DNA from: an uncultured Candidatus Saccharibacteria bacterium | GTDB lineage: Bacteria > Patescibacteriota > Minisyncoccia > UBA6257 > Colwellbacteraceae | NCBI GenBank assembly: GCA_964360065.1 | Contig: CAYHTW010000002.1 | Location: 68,251-128,868 of the forward strand | DNA: 60,618 bases | Reading direction: 5' to 3' | Part shown: one piece after another, positions 1 through 9,731 of the stretch | How positions within the stretch are numbered: position 1 is the stretch's first letter | How the letters are laid out: the number at the start of each line of letters is the position of its first letter | Program-made: the position numbers and the translations under genes | Notes under the pieces: model-generated | The model's database searches: none | Told to the model about the DNA's origin: nothing | Seen by the model: the letters and a program-made list of their open reading frames with translations, nothing else

Positions 1-47
1 ATGTCAAATCCATCCTTCAAATGATTCTTTAGTATTATTAATTTCAT
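1..47 (-). CDS. dnaN: DNA polymerase III beta clamp, N-terminal fragment (runs off window start)
   Basis: Minus strand from ATG at 47 reads MKLIILKNHLKDGFD, like DnaN N-termini; lies directly downstream of dnaA. Only 15 codons visible. Confidence 0.7.
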   Translation of the reverse strand, partial: MKLIILKNHLKDGFD

Positions 48-240
48 TGTTGTAGTAGTTAGTGTTGTGGATAACTCGGTAAATATTTAAATAATCTTTT
101 ATTTATGTGGGTTAATTAAATTTTTGTGAAGTTGATAGTTTATGTATAAGTCTGTTAGTTATCCACTATAATAATTCTAAACTTTTGAAAGTCGGAAATC
201 ACTCAACAGAATATCAACAACTTACCCCATCTTATTCACA
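48..240. promoter_or_regulatory. Probable replication origin oriC (dnaA-dnaN intergenic)
   Basis: AT-rich. DnaA boxes TGTGGATAA 66-74 (perfect), TTATCCACT 159-167 (1 mismatch), TTATTCACA 232-240. TAG-rich tract 48-65 abutting the first box resembles DnaA-trios. Confidence 0.8.
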
Positions 241-1577
241 AGCTCTTTAATCTCGTTAAGCTTTTCAGTTAATTGATTGTTTTGGTTTAAGTCTTTACTT
301 AACTTTTTATAGGCATAAATAACCGTAGTGTGGTCTCTTTTACCTATTTTATTAGCTATGTATGGATAAGACATATCCAGCATATCTCTTAAAAGATACA
401 TAGCTATTTGCCTCGGTTCTATGAATTCTTTATTTCTTGATTTACCAGTGAGGTCGCCTGGAGAAATCTCAAAGAAATTAGAGACAGCCTTGATAATCTG
501 GTTGGGATTAATGTTAATCCTATCCTTATCTCCGATTTCGGAGACAATTTTCTCAACATGAGCCACAGAAACAAGCTTCTGGTAATTGTTTTGATAGAAA
601 ACAACTTTATTTAGAATACCCTCTATTTCACGTATACTCTTTGAGATTTTTTTAGCTATCAAATCAACACACTCGTCGTTTAAAGAAGCACCCCTTTCCT
701 GTATTTTATTCCTGATAATAGCCACTCTAGTTTCATAATCTGGGAAGCCAACATCAGCCATCATACCACTCTCAAAACGTGAACGAAGCCTCTCTTCAAG
801 AGTAGGAATGGATTTTGGGGGACGGTCAGAAGAAATAATTATTTGTTTATTATTTTCGTAGAGGGCGTTAAAGGTGTGAAAAAATTCTTCTTCGGTCTTT
901 TCTTTACCACCGATGAATTGGATATCATCAACAATTAGAACATCAACGTGGCGGTAAGCGCTTTTAATATCTTCGGTGCGCTTGTTCCTTATAGCCCAGA
1001 CAACGTCGTTGGTAAATTTCTCGGAAGTTACATACTTAACCTTAACTTTATTTTTATGGAACATTTTAATCTCGTTTCCTACGCCTTGGATTAAATGAGT
1101 TTTGCCCAAACCCACTCCACCGTAAATGAAAAGCGGGTTGTACTTTGTCCCCACGCTTTGAATAATAGCCGAAGCTGCAGCGTAAGCTAATTCATTAGAA
1201 GAACCAACCACGAAAGAACTTAAAGAGTATCTAGGGTTGAGGTTGGTGTCCGGATCAACTTTAAATTCTTCTATGGAAAGTTGTTTTTCGCTGACTAAGG
1301 CGCGAGTTCGTTGAGCTGGGGGCTTGGACATGCCTCCCTCCACGATATATTCAACCTTCTTTGCAGAAGCAATAAAATTTCTAACAACGCCAAGGATTAA
1401 TTTGTCATATTTACTTTCAACCCACTCTTTAGCGAAATGATTGGGGAGAGCGACGGTGATTGCCTCGTCGTTGTTTTCTATCAAGCGGCTGTTTTTTAAC
1501 CAAGTAAGGAAGTTGGCTCTGGAAACCTGAAGCTCAACCTCTGATAATACCGATTGCCAAAGCTCTTCGTTCTTCAT
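222..1577 (-). CDS. dnaA: Chromosomal replication initiator DnaA
   Basis: Walker A GGVGLGKT, VDDIQF, C-terminal RDHTTVIYA helix. Start moved from 1631 to ATG 1577 (MKNEELW) because TTGACT-16-TAGAAT lies 7 nt upstream. Confidence 0.98.
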   Translation of the reverse strand: MKNEELWQSVLSEVELQVSRANFLTWLKNSRLIENNDEAITVALPNHFAKEWVESKYDKLILGVVRNFIASAKKVEYIVEGGMSKPPAQRTRALVSEKQLSIEEFKVDPDTNLNPRYSLSSFVVGSSNELAYAAASAIIQSVGTKYNPLFIYGGVGLGKTHLIQGVGNEIKMFHKNKVKVKYVTSEKFTNDVVWAIRNKRTEDIKSAYRHVDVLIVDDIQFIGGKEKTEEEFFHTFNALYENNKQIIISSDRPPKSIPTLEERLRSRFESGMMADVGFPDYETRVAIIRNKIQERGASLNDECVDLIAKKISKSIREIEGILNKVVFYQNNYQKLVSVAHVEKIVSEIGDKDRININPNQIIKAVSNFFEISPGDLTGKSRNKEFIEPRQIAMYLLRDMLDMSYPYIANKIGKRDHTTVIYAYKKLSKDLNQNNQLTEKLNEIKELVNKMG

Positions 1578-1635
1578 CGTTCTAATTCTATGTGTAGCCA
1601 GCATATAGTCAAATACCCACAACTGGCTCAAACTG

Positions 1636-1664
1636 TTGATTAACTGTGGATAAGTGAGTATAAT
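1636..1664 (+). promoter_or_regulatory. sigma70 promoter of rpmH operon with a DnaA box in the spacer
   Basis: TTGATT(1636-41)-17 nt-TATAAT(1659-64); perfect box TGTGGATAA at 1645-1653; ATG 7 nt downstream. Confidence 0.75.
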
Positions 1665-1671
1665 AATGCCT

Positions 1672-1806
1672 ATGTCCGTAACATATCAACCCAAAAAACG
1701 TAAAAGAGCTAGATCACACGGCTTCTTAAAGAGGAAAAGGAGCGCCGGCGGCAGAAAAGTTTTAAAAAACCGCAGAGCTAAGGGCAGAAAGAGAGTGGCC
1801 CTCTAA
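1672..1806 (+). CDS. rpmH: 50S ribosomal protein L34 (missed by ORF track)
   Basis: Translates to [44 protein letters not shown]; divergent from dnaA, followed by rnpA. Confidence 0.97.
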   Translation: MSVTYQPKKRKRARSHGFLKRKRSAGGRKVLKNRRAKGRKRVAL

Positions 1807-2148
1807 ATGTTGCCTAAAAAGTTTAAGACCCCAGTTCAAAGCTTCCCCAGGGGAGCAAAGACAGTCTTTAACGACCGCTTCGTTACTGTAAGGGCTTACA
1901 AGAACAACCTTAAACATATCCGCTTGGGGGTTTTAGTTAATAAACACATTTCTCCAAGCTCGGTTAAAAGAAATTATTTAAGAAGACAATTTTTTTCTTG
2001 TTTCGCTGAAGCAATAAAAAACAAATCCACTAAGGGCGGAGTAGATTTGCTTATAATCACAAAAACTCCTATCATGGCTCTTACAAGAGAGGAACTAAAG
2101 GTTTCTCTTAAAAATTATGGTGGACTTATTCAACGCAGTTTTATATAA
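1807..2148 (+). CDS. rnpA: Ribonuclease P protein component
   Basis: RLGVLVNK..SSVKRNYLRR RNR-like motif; position after rpmH. Confidence 0.88.
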   Translation: MLPKKFKTPVQSFPRGAKTVFNDRFVTVRAYKNNLKHIRLGVLVNKHISPSSVKRNYLRRQFFSCFAEAIKNKSTKGGVDLLIITKTPIMALTREELKVSLKNYGGLIQRSFI

Positions 2149-2836
2149 CCCCCTTTTTAATATTCTCGTAATTTTTTACGACTCAATAGCCCTGCAAGAT
2201 CTAGGGCTGGCAATAATATTTTTAACTATTTTAATTAGGTTATTACTCTTCCCGATATTTCATGAATCGCTTCGACAACAGAAGATTCAGCAAGCCCTAC
2301 AGCCTCACATTAAAAAAATTCAAGAGAAGCACAAAAACAACAGAGAAGATCAAACTAAGGCGATACTCAACTTGTACACAGAGCACAAAGCCAATCCGGC
2401 CTTGCCGATTATCCTGATTTTACTCCAACTGCCAGTGCTTATAGCTCTCTTTTTGATTTTTAAGGCCGGCATCACAGCAGAGTCTTTAAATTCTCTCTAT
2501 TCTTTTGTGCCTCGTCCCCTGACAATAAACCACACCTTTTTTAATTTACTAGATTTAACTAAAGCCAGTCTGCTTCTAACCGTATTAGCGGCAATCGCCC
2601 AGTATTTTCAGTCTAAGCTTGCTATAGTTAAACCGAAACCGGGTGAGACTCAAACCGACGCAGAACGTATTGGTAGAAGCTTGGTCTACGTAGCCCCGCT
2701 TATAACCCTTGCGGTGCTCTGGACTCTGCCCGCGGCCATCGGCCTTTATTGGATAACCACTACTATATTTTCAGCGGCCCAGCAGGTTATCATAAACAAA
2801 GGTAAACATGGAGAACTTAAAGGAACAACTCAATAA
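2117..2836 (+). CDS. yidC: YidC/Oxa1 membrane protein insertase (short form)
   Basis: LGLAIIFLTILIRLLLFP, QPHIKKIQEKHK, LPAAIGLYW motifs; synteny. Confidence 0.93.
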   Translation: MVDLFNAVLYNPLFNILVIFYDSIALQDLGLAIIFLTILIRLLLFPIFHESLRQQKIQQALQPHIKKIQEKHKNNREDQTKAILNLYTEHKANPALPIILILLQLPVLIALFLIFKAGITAESLNSLYSFVPRPLTINHTFFNLLDLTKASLLLTVLAAIAQYFQSKLAIVKPKPGETQTDAERIGRSLVYVAPLITLAVLWTLPAAIGLYWITTTIFSAAQQVIINKGKHGELKGTTQ

Positions 2837-3245
2837 ATTAGTCAGCTTGATGGGATTTACCAACTTTTCCATAGAAGCAGATAGTGGAAATAAAATTATT
2901 TCCTTAACACTAGAAGACCCAACTTTAACGACAGAAAGGCTTCCGGGCCTGGTTCTTAATTTAAACAGAGTCGTTAGATTACTAGCTAAAAAGTACGATG
3001 TATATCCGGTGCTTGTTGATGTTAATGGTTATCGCAAAGAAAGAGAGAGATTAATTTTGGAATTGGCGAGAGCCGCAGCAAGGCGCGCGGTGGCAACCAA
3101 AGAAGCGGTTAATTTGCCGGCGATGAACGCTTACGAGAGAAGAATAATACACGCCGAGCTTTCTGTGAGGCCGGATGTTATCACAGAAAGCGTTGGCAAT
3201 GATAAGGAACGCTACGTAGTGGTGAGAGCTTCAAATATAGAGTAG
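2808..3245 (+). CDS. Jag/KhpB-like KH-R3H RNA-binding protein lacking Jag_N
   Basis: VDVNGYRKER and R3H motif MNAYERRIIHAEL; follows yidC. Confidence 0.85.
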   Translation: MENLKEQLNKLVSLMGFTNFSIEADSGNKIISLTLEDPTLTTERLPGLVLNLNRVVRLLAKKYDVYPVLVDVNGYRKERERLILELARAAARRAVATKEAVNLPAMNAYERRIIHAELSVRPDVITESVGNDKERYVVVRASNIE

Positions 3246-3548
3246 CTAACCCAGTATGACTGGGTTGATGTGTTTAAGGAGAATGTATCCCACAGCCAAA
3301 AGCACCAAGCCGTAAACAGCAGCCCATATCCATTCTTTCGCCTCTTCTTGTTTGGAGGAGTTGCCGGCTGAAGCAATATAAAGCACTCCAGCATACATAA
3401 ATATTCCTAACGCCAGTGTCCCGCCAATTCCTAGGGCCCATGTGAAAATATCATTAAAAGAATACGTGCCCAAAATGCCAGTTTTCGTGACAGCATTAAC
3501 TAACCCTTGGGCAGTAGACTCTTCAGCTAAAACAGTTTTAATAAACAT
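3246..3548 (-). CDS. TrbC/VirB2-like pilin (CPR type)
   Basis: Two hydrophobic helices flanking YIASAGNSSKQEEAKEWIWAAVYGL, C-terminal INP; downstream of VirB4-like gene. Confidence 0.75.
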   Translation of the reverse strand: MFIKTVLAEESTAQGLVNAVTKTGILGTYSFNDIFTWALGIGGTLALGIFMYAGVLYIASAGNSSKQEEAKEWIWAAVYGLVLLAVGYILLKHINPVILG

Positions 3549-3557
3549 ACGACAACA

Positions 3558-5924
3558 TTATACTCCTTCTTCTTTCTTCATCTCCAGTATTTCTTGGGGA
3601 TTGGTAGTGATGAGCTTATCCTCAAAATAAGACGGCACAATCTGTATAGCGGCCCTTTTTAAACCAGCTATAAATAGTCCCTGGCCCACGTCAGACTCTA
3701 AAAGATAGTTCTTCTCAACATCGGTTAAGTTAAATGCCTTAGCCGTTGTATCTATGGTTGCCGGGGCCTGTTTCAAGAGTAGTTGTAGCGATGAGTTGGT
3801 GATAATCGGCTTGCCGAAGGGTGAGTTTAGGAAGTCTTCTACGTCCTGGGTGATAGTAGAAATGCCAAGATAGTATTTCCTGCCACGTTTGGCGAGTCCA
3901 AAAAGGAAGGAAGCGGAGTCGGGGTATTTCATCATCCACCAGGCCTCATCAATAATCATGATCCTCTTCTTAAGTTCGGCTCGGACTAGACTCCAGATGT
4001 AATTTAAAATAATGTACATAGCTATCGGACGAAGTTCGTCCTCCAAATCTCTAATGGAAAAAACTATCAGGCGGTTCGTCACATTAACATTGGTGGGCTT
4101 GTTGGCGAAACCAGCGTAGCTACCTTTAGTAAAGCGATATAGTCTTTCGGCCATTCCTTTGCCACCCTCCATTCCTGCGAGAACCGTCTCCAGGTCTTCT
4201 AGTAGGGGCGGGGAAGCCTTAGAAAAATCTTTATCGGCAGTTATGTCACGAGAGGCATAGGTTTCGGTGACGGCCCTATCTAACATAGCTTCTTCTTCGG
4301 GAGATATTTCCCCAAGCATTAATTTAAGGAGTCCTACCAGATTAACAATGTGGGATTTTAATACTTCACCCGGTTCTTCATCTCCCGGGATAGCCGGAAC
4401 ATCAAATGGGTTAATGTGGTTTTCTGAATCTAGCGAGATTTTGAATACACTGCCGCCCATAGCCTTAGCCATTGGTATATATTCATTTTCCGGGTCAACT
4501 ACTATTATATCGGTTCCCATCATCATAGACCTGATAACTTCCAGTTTGGTGGCGTAAGACTTGCCGGAGCCGGCTTTAGCAAAAACAACCATATTGGCGT
4601 TTTCCAGGGAGAATCTGTCAAAAATAACGAGAGTATTATTGTGACGATTTACTCCGTACATAATCCCGTCTTCAGAGGTCAAGTCCAAGGAGACAAATGG
4701 GAAGAAAGAGGAGACCGGCCCGGAGTTTAAAGGATTATAGATGTTCATACTATCCAATCCCAGCGGCGCCACCGATGACCAGGCTTTAGTTTGCTCAAAA
4801 TTAGCCGGCTTCATATTGATAAGCTTGGCATCCAAAAGGTTGGTTATCTCGGTCTCCAGTCTGTTTAAATCTTTCTCGGAATCAGCATAGATAGTCATAT
4901 AGACTCCCACATCGAAAAGTTTTTCCGTGGCTTGCTGGAGAGAGTCTCTTAAGCTTTCTACGTCTTGAAATCCCGTTTCCAGCGCTGGGTCTCTGACAAG
5001 TCCTTTCTCCTGATTAGACATCATCTGCGACTCTAACTGTGTCGCCTTCCTTCTTAGTTTCCGTAAAGCAATGGCCGTGTCAACGGGATTTATAAATATA
5101 GAAACGTCAGAAAGCTCAGGCAAGTTAATTAACGGGGAGAACCAACCGCTCGATAAGTATCTCGGGTAATCTAAGACAAAAAGGTTTTTAGCGAATTTAT
5201 CACCAAGCCTTAGATAATTAGAAGTAATCTCTATAGAAGTCGGAGCAATGGTATCTTCAACACTACCAGAGGAACCACTCCGGTCTATATTGTTCAGCTC
5301 TTTCTTTTCAATGGTGGTCGGATTGTAGAAATTGTAAAAAAGTTCCAGGAGTTCGGGATCTTCCAGGCTCACGGCCCGTAAGCCAACTTGTCTTAAGCCA
5401 CTCACAACTTGCTCGGCTCTTTGATGGAGTTGTTCGCGGTGGCGTGGCAGAATTTCTTCCTGCTGGGTTGAAGTAGCCTTACCACCGCCCAGGAATTTGG
5501 GTAGTAAGGAGGTGTTTGCGGATGGAAGGCTCACTGGATCGTAAGGCACGGTCACAAAAAAGCTTTTCGTCATTACGGCGTTAGACTCAACAAAAGATTT
5601 TATAAATTCTCTGTACTCGCCAATCTGGGTTTTAAGAAGCTCGTTTTCCTCCTTAGACTGTCGTTCGTCTAGGCGTTTTAGATAGTCCTCAACATTAAGT
5701 TTTCTGGAGTGGATACTAATCTGGATTGGGAAGTCCAGAGAGTTCAGGAAATTCTGATAAGCAAAGGTTATAACGCTTTGTTCGTCCTCCGACTTCAAAT
5801 CAAAATTAAGTCCATCGACTAAGATAACTTTTCTAAGTCCGCCATTCTTTAGTAAGACTACGCCTTCTTTAATGTCCTTAACCTGGACAAAGTCTTGAGC
5901 GCGCGCAAGTTGAGTATCCGCCAT
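3558..5924 (-). CDS. VirB4/TraE-like secretion ATPase (N-terminal domain fused to DUF87-like ATPase)
   Basis: Walker A AKAGSGKS, VDPENEY, Walker B IIDEAW, GRKY..ITQDVEDF. Confidence 0.9.
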   Translation of the reverse strand: MADTQLARAQDFVQVKDIKEGVVLLKNGGLRKVILVDGLNFDLKSEDEQSVITFAYQNFLNSLDFPIQISIHSRKLNVEDYLKRLDERQSKEENELLKTQIGEYREFIKSFVESNAVMTKSFFVTVPYDPVSLPSANTSLLPKFLGGGKATSTQQEEILPRHREQLHQRAEQVVSGLRQVGLRAVSLEDPELLELFYNFYNPTTIEKKELNNIDRSGSSGSVEDTIAPTSIEITSNYLRLGDKFAKNLFVLDYPRYLSSGWFSPLINLPELSDVSIFINPVDTAIALRKLRRKATQLESQMMSNQEKGLVRDPALETGFQDVESLRDSLQQATEKLFDVGVYMTIYADSEKDLNRLETEITNLLDAKLINMKPANFEQTKAWSSVAPLGLDSMNIYNPLNSGPVSSFFPFVSLDLTSEDGIMYGVNRHNNTLVIFDRFSLENANMVVFAKAGSGKSYATKLEVIRSMMMGTDIIVVDPENEYIPMAKAMGGSVFKISLDSENHINPFDVPAIPGDEEPGEVLKSHIVNLVGLLKLMLGEISPEEEAMLDRAVTETYASRDITADKDFSKASPPLLEDLETVLAGMEGGKGMAERLYRFTKGSYAGFANKPTNVNVTNRLIVFSIRDLEDELRPIAMYIILNYIWSLVRAELKKRIMIIDEAWWMMKYPDSASFLFGLAKRGRKYYLGISTITQDVEDFLNSPFGKPIITNSSLQLLLKQAPATIDTTAKAFNLTDVEKNYLLESDVGQGLFIAGLKRAAIQIVPSYFEDKLITTNPQEILEMKKEEGV

Positions 5925-5989
5925 ATCTCAATTATAGACCGTGGACAGCGCCAAACCAAGTGGGATTCGTTTCTGCGGGAATATTAAAA

Positions 5990-6505
5990 CTATCTATAGT
6001 CAATCCTGCGCCCAAGCTCCTTGTCTCCGGTAATCTTACGGATGACTTCGTATTTCTGTTTAACTTCCTTCTTACTGATGCCGAAATCGGTGTTACTAAC
6101 GCTTTTTTCCCTCTTTGGGATAGCAGCTTTATATGTAGTCATCTTATCCAAAAGGCTTCTAATCCCACCAAAGGGTGTCTCTGTGGGAGTAGGCTTAAGA
6201 CTGACGCCGCCAATTTTTTGTTCTTGAGTTTTTGGTTTTAAAGTGTAAATTCTGGGACTCCAAATATAACCGAAGGCAGATTGAGCAAAAACAGACATTG
6301 ATCTTCCGTTTATCTTAATAAAGGCTAAGGAAACACTCGTTGCCATCAGAACGAAAGTTACTATAAGCCATAACCAGGGCTGAAGAACAAAGAAGAGTAT
6401 GGCACTTATAGTTGCTCCAATGGCTATGTAAATAAATTGGCGTAGGGTTAATGGGCCAATTATTTTGTCTTCTGTTTCTATAAATTGTGGTACTTGGAAT
6501 TGCAT
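5990..6505 (-). CDS. PrgI family membrane protein
   Basis: MQFQVPQFIETEDKIIGPLTLRQF N-terminus, two TM helices; upstream of VirB4-like gene. Confidence 0.88.
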   Translation of the reverse strand: MQFQVPQFIETEDKIIGPLTLRQFIYIAIGATISAILFFVLQPWLWLIVTFVLMATSVSLAFIKINGRSMSVFAQSAFGYIWSPRIYTLKPKTQEQKIGGVSLKPTPTETPFGGIRSLLDKMTTYKAAIPKREKSVSNTDFGISKKEVKQKYEVIRKITGDKELGRRIDYR

Positions 6506-6529
6506 ATTTATAGTAAGCCTGTCGAATTA

Positions 6530-7360
6530 TTATAAAGGTAAATCCTTGAGATCAACGACGTTATTGGAATTAATTGGAACAATTGGAGTTTGCGGCGTTT
6601 GTGTGGCTGGTGTTACAGCCGGATTGGACATAGGAGTTTCTGTGGGGATAAGACCAGCAGGGTTTGTTGGCTGGCCGCCAAACGGATTAACATCAGTCTT
6701 AAACTCCGAGTAATGAACAACCCTTACATGCTGTGGAGATGTTTTTAGGGAAGTGGGCAAGTCGCTTTTTATTTCCTCACCTCCTAATTCAACCGTAGCG
6801 GCTTTTGGCTTAGCGTAAGCATTAAGGCGTGTCTCTTCGGAACTAAAAACTGGTTTATAGAAAGTAGGCCGTTGAACCGAGAGGTCTTGATGGAGACTTT
6901 GTATTTCTTCAATGGGTTTTTCTTCGTGGAGCACAAAGGGGGCGGGGTGGATTATTTCGCCGGGTTTGGCTTCTGCTCCGGGACTGGAAGAAGTAGTGAT
7001 GGGTTCTTTGAAACTAGGCCTTAAGTTGGTTTGAGGCTGGGGAGCTTGAGTAGCTATCGCAATGTCTTGATCTGGAATTTGGGGTTTATTTCTACCGTGA
7101 TATATAGAGTCCAATATTTTTATTACAGACTGTTCCAGTAAAGTGTTAGAAGGGCCTATTTGTTGTAGTTTGGCCTTTAAATCAGATTCTTTTTCTACAC
7201 CCATAATAATGTCTCCAACTAAATCTCCCAAAGATGATATTTGTTTATCGTTGAAGTTGATGGACTTGCCCAAGTTGTATATCGCGTCTGCTATTTCCGT
7301 TGACAATAGGGTGTCTTGGACGTTTTCCGGCAGGCTTTCAAACAATCTTACATAATTCAT
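6530..7360 (-). CDS. Hypothetical protein (helical N-domain, P/T/S-rich tail)
   Basis: 276-aa ORF translationally coupled within the secretion cluster. Confidence 0.7.
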   Translation of the reverse strand: MNYVRLFESLPENVQDTLLSTEIADAIYNLGKSINFNDKQISSLGDLVGDIIMGVEKESDLKAKLQQIGPSNTLLEQSVIKILDSIYHGRNKPQIPDQDIAIATQAPQPQTNLRPSFKEPITTSSSPGAEAKPGEIIHPAPFVLHEEKPIEEIQSLHQDLSVQRPTFYKPVFSSEETRLNAYAKPKAATVELGGEEIKSDLPTSLKTSPQHVRVVHYSEFKTDVNPFGGQPTNPAGLIPTETPMSNPAVTPATQTPQTPIVPINSNNVVDLKDLPL

Positions 7361-9705
7361 CGTGTTTTATTTTTACCAGCTTCCTCAAACCCCTCTTCGC
7401 GGCCGGCTTCTCTAGCTGTATCTATGACGTCTTCTTCATATGGTTGAAGTACTTTTCTGCCAGCGGAAGATTTTAAATATTTCTTGATGGAGTCGGGCAT
7501 GTTAGCCATCGTTGGGTTGGAATCCAAGACTTTCTTGATTTCGGCAGAGAATTTTTCCTTGTCTTCTCCGTATAATTGTTTAATGCTTCCTCTTAGTGTA
7601 TCCGGATTGGAACTTAACACTTCCGCAACAAAAGAATTCTTTAATTTATCGGAGAATTCTTGAGGTAATCCAGCAGCCGCACTCCCACTCATAATATCCT
7701 TAACTTTTATGTCTTTAATATTTGTTTTACTCAGTATTTTTCTTATTTCCAAGAATAGTTTCTGATTATCATTCTCGTTAAGGGCCGAGAGTGTTTCTTG
7801 GGTGAGAAGCCCCGCCTTGCCCTTGCCTCTTGATGCAAGCTCCGCGGTTATAATGTCAGCCCTCTCTTTTCTGGTCCCACCTTTTCTAGTAACCTCTTGG
7901 CTGTAAGCCTTATTCAGTTCTTCGGTTGTCATTCCTTTAGCGAATTGTTTAGCCCTGTCAGCGGAAGTTACCACTGGCTCAGTAGAAGGACTCGCCGGTA
8001 GGCTTAAGCCGGCTTTGGATAAAACAGCGCCGGCTGGAGTTGATGCTGTAAATTGCGTTCCTTTTGACCAATTTGCCAATAACGAGGCTTTTCTCCGAGC
8101 GTTTCTAGCATCTTCTATGTCTTTTGCTGTTCCAGATTTTTCGGCCCTCTTCTGTGCATCCTCGGCCTTCTGTTCAAATTTTCTTTGCTGGTAGCGGAAA
8201 GGCACGCTTATAGCTTTACTAGTCATGCCCAAGCCAACGCCGGCTCCCTTCATGATATAGTCGGATCCCATCATTCCCATTTTACTGGCAATATAGATGC
8301 CTGTGCCGCTGAAAATTATAATAACAATCATCTGTAAAATTCCTGCAGCGAAGCCCAAGGTTCCACTACTAAGGGCAGGTGTTGAACCTATTCCGTCCAC
8401 CATTAATTTTGTGGCCAAGAGGAAGAAAGCGAGCACAGGTCCATATAAAGCCCACTTAAGGAAATTGTCCCACCAGGATCCCCAGAGATTACCGATGCCG
8501 GGTATTTTTAAGTCGGGGAAGGCGAAACCAAGCCAGGCTACCGGAGCTAGAATTATTAAAATAGATAAAGCTACATACCTTAAAACAAGGAACAAAAATA
8601 TGATTAATAAAGTGACAGCCGAAATGACCGCTAAAATATCGGCGAAAATAAGCGCGGCTATTTTAGACAACATCCACTTGACCGGACTAAACACCCATTC
8701 CCATAATTTCCCCTTCTCTCCTTCTGGGATTTCTACTTTTTTATTTTTCGTAATGTTGTTTATTGTAGAATTATCAATTGTTTGATTATCTGCGGTGGCA
8801 TTAGGGTCTCCTTTAAGGGCACAGTCAATTTTTGTATATATTTTAGCTATATTCAAAGTTGAGGCTAAAGAGCCACCTATCCCTTTCGATGGATCAGTCT
8901 TGTTGGCCGCCGCCGCGATTATACCGCCGGTTAGGCCATTGCCCACCTTGGCTATTTCTATGGCTATGAAAGAACTAAAGTTGACCAAGAGAAGCGCTAT
9001 TATAAATTTGGGCAGTACTTTTGCCGCGGTCCATTTCTCGCGGCGCAGCATAGTAGCAAAGGCCATAACAACAAAGCCCAAGACAAACCCGATATTAACC
9101 AAACCTCTTACTATGCCAATTATCGGGTCTAAAATATCTCCCTGGCCGAGGGCAGAATTCAAAACTAAGCCGGCGTCTATAAGATAGCCCCCCAAAAACA
9201 CAGCTAAACTAGCGACTATCCCCCATGTTACTACGTGGATATATAGCATCATGACGTAGTCTATTATTTCGTCCAATGGTTCGAGCCCCCCTCCTAGATC
9301 GACGTTAAATCCGAACCCAGCGATAGAAAATCCTCCAGATGGCGGGTCGGCTAAGAAGCTGGTAATTAAATCCAATAAGAAAATAGGCAAACCTACTATA
9401 GCAACGTCGGTTGTGTAATTTAATGTCGAGCCCGCATTACTTGAAGCGCAATCAAACCCAGAAAAAAGGTTGATTGACCCATTACTGCCTGTTGCGGACG
9501 GAGCGGTTACTGCGGGCGTGGAATTGGCGGTTGTTGTGTTAAGGGGGGTTGTTGGGAATAGATTATTATTGTTGTTCAGAAAGGAGTTGAGGCTGGGCTG
9601 TCCAGTGGGCAAAGTAGGTTGAGCAAAAGCTGTGCCGGCAGGAACGATAATAGGGAGCAATAAAGCAACTAGGAATAAGGTAGATATTACTGACTTTTTA
9701 GGCAT
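7357..9705 (-). CDS. Large polytopic membrane protein, VirB6/TrbL-like
   Basis: Signal peptide, about 8 TM segments (LLVNFSSFIA; LRYVALSILIILAPVAW), charged C-terminal tail; heads the PrgI-VirB4-pilin cluster. Confidence 0.6.
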   Translation of the reverse strand: MPKKSVISTLFLVALLLPIIVPAGTAFAQPTLPTGQPSLNSFLNNNNNLFPTTPLNTTTANSTPAVTAPSATGSNGSINLFSGFDCASSNAGSTLNYTTDVAIVGLPIFLLDLITSFLADPPSGGFSIAGFGFNVDLGGGLEPLDEIIDYVMMLYIHVVTWGIVASLAVFLGGYLIDAGLVLNSALGQGDILDPIIGIVRGLVNIGFVLGFVVMAFATMLRREKWTAAKVLPKFIIALLLVNFSSFIAIEIAKVGNGLTGGIIAAAANKTDPSKGIGGSLASTLNIAKIYTKIDCALKGDPNATADNQTIDNSTINNITKNKKVEIPEGEKGKLWEWVFSPVKWMLSKIAALIFADILAVISAVTLLIIFLFLVLRYVALSILIILAPVAWLGFAFPDLKIPGIGNLWGSWWDNFLKWALYGPVLAFFLLATKLMVDGIGSTPALSSGTLGFAAGILQMIVIIIFSGTGIYIASKMGMMGSDYIMKGAGVGLGMTSKAISVPFRYQQRKFEQKAEDAQKRAEKSGTAKDIEDARNARRKASLLANWSKGTQFTASTPAGAVLSKAGLSLPASPSTEPVVTSADRAKQFAKGMTTEELNKAYSQEVTRKGGTRKERADIITAELASRGKGKAGLLTQETLSALNENDNQKLFLEIRKILSKTNIKDIKVKDIMSGSAAAGLPQEFSDKLKNSFVAEVLSSNPDTLRGSIKQLYGEDKEKFSAEIKKVLDSNPTMANMPDSIKKYLKSSAGRKVLQPYEEDVIDTAREAGREEGFEEAGKNKTR

Positions 9706-9731
9706 GTGTGTTTACCTAAATAATATCACTT

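Noticed and set aside
1578-1631. N-terminal extension of DnaA in the ORF track (likewise 43521-43574 and 52177-52206)
   Set aside because: These extensions cover promoter or repeat elements; downstream ATGs give typical N-termini.
3246-9705. Integrative conjugative element
   Set aside because: No relaxase, coupling protein, integrase or att repeats; flanked directly by core genes.
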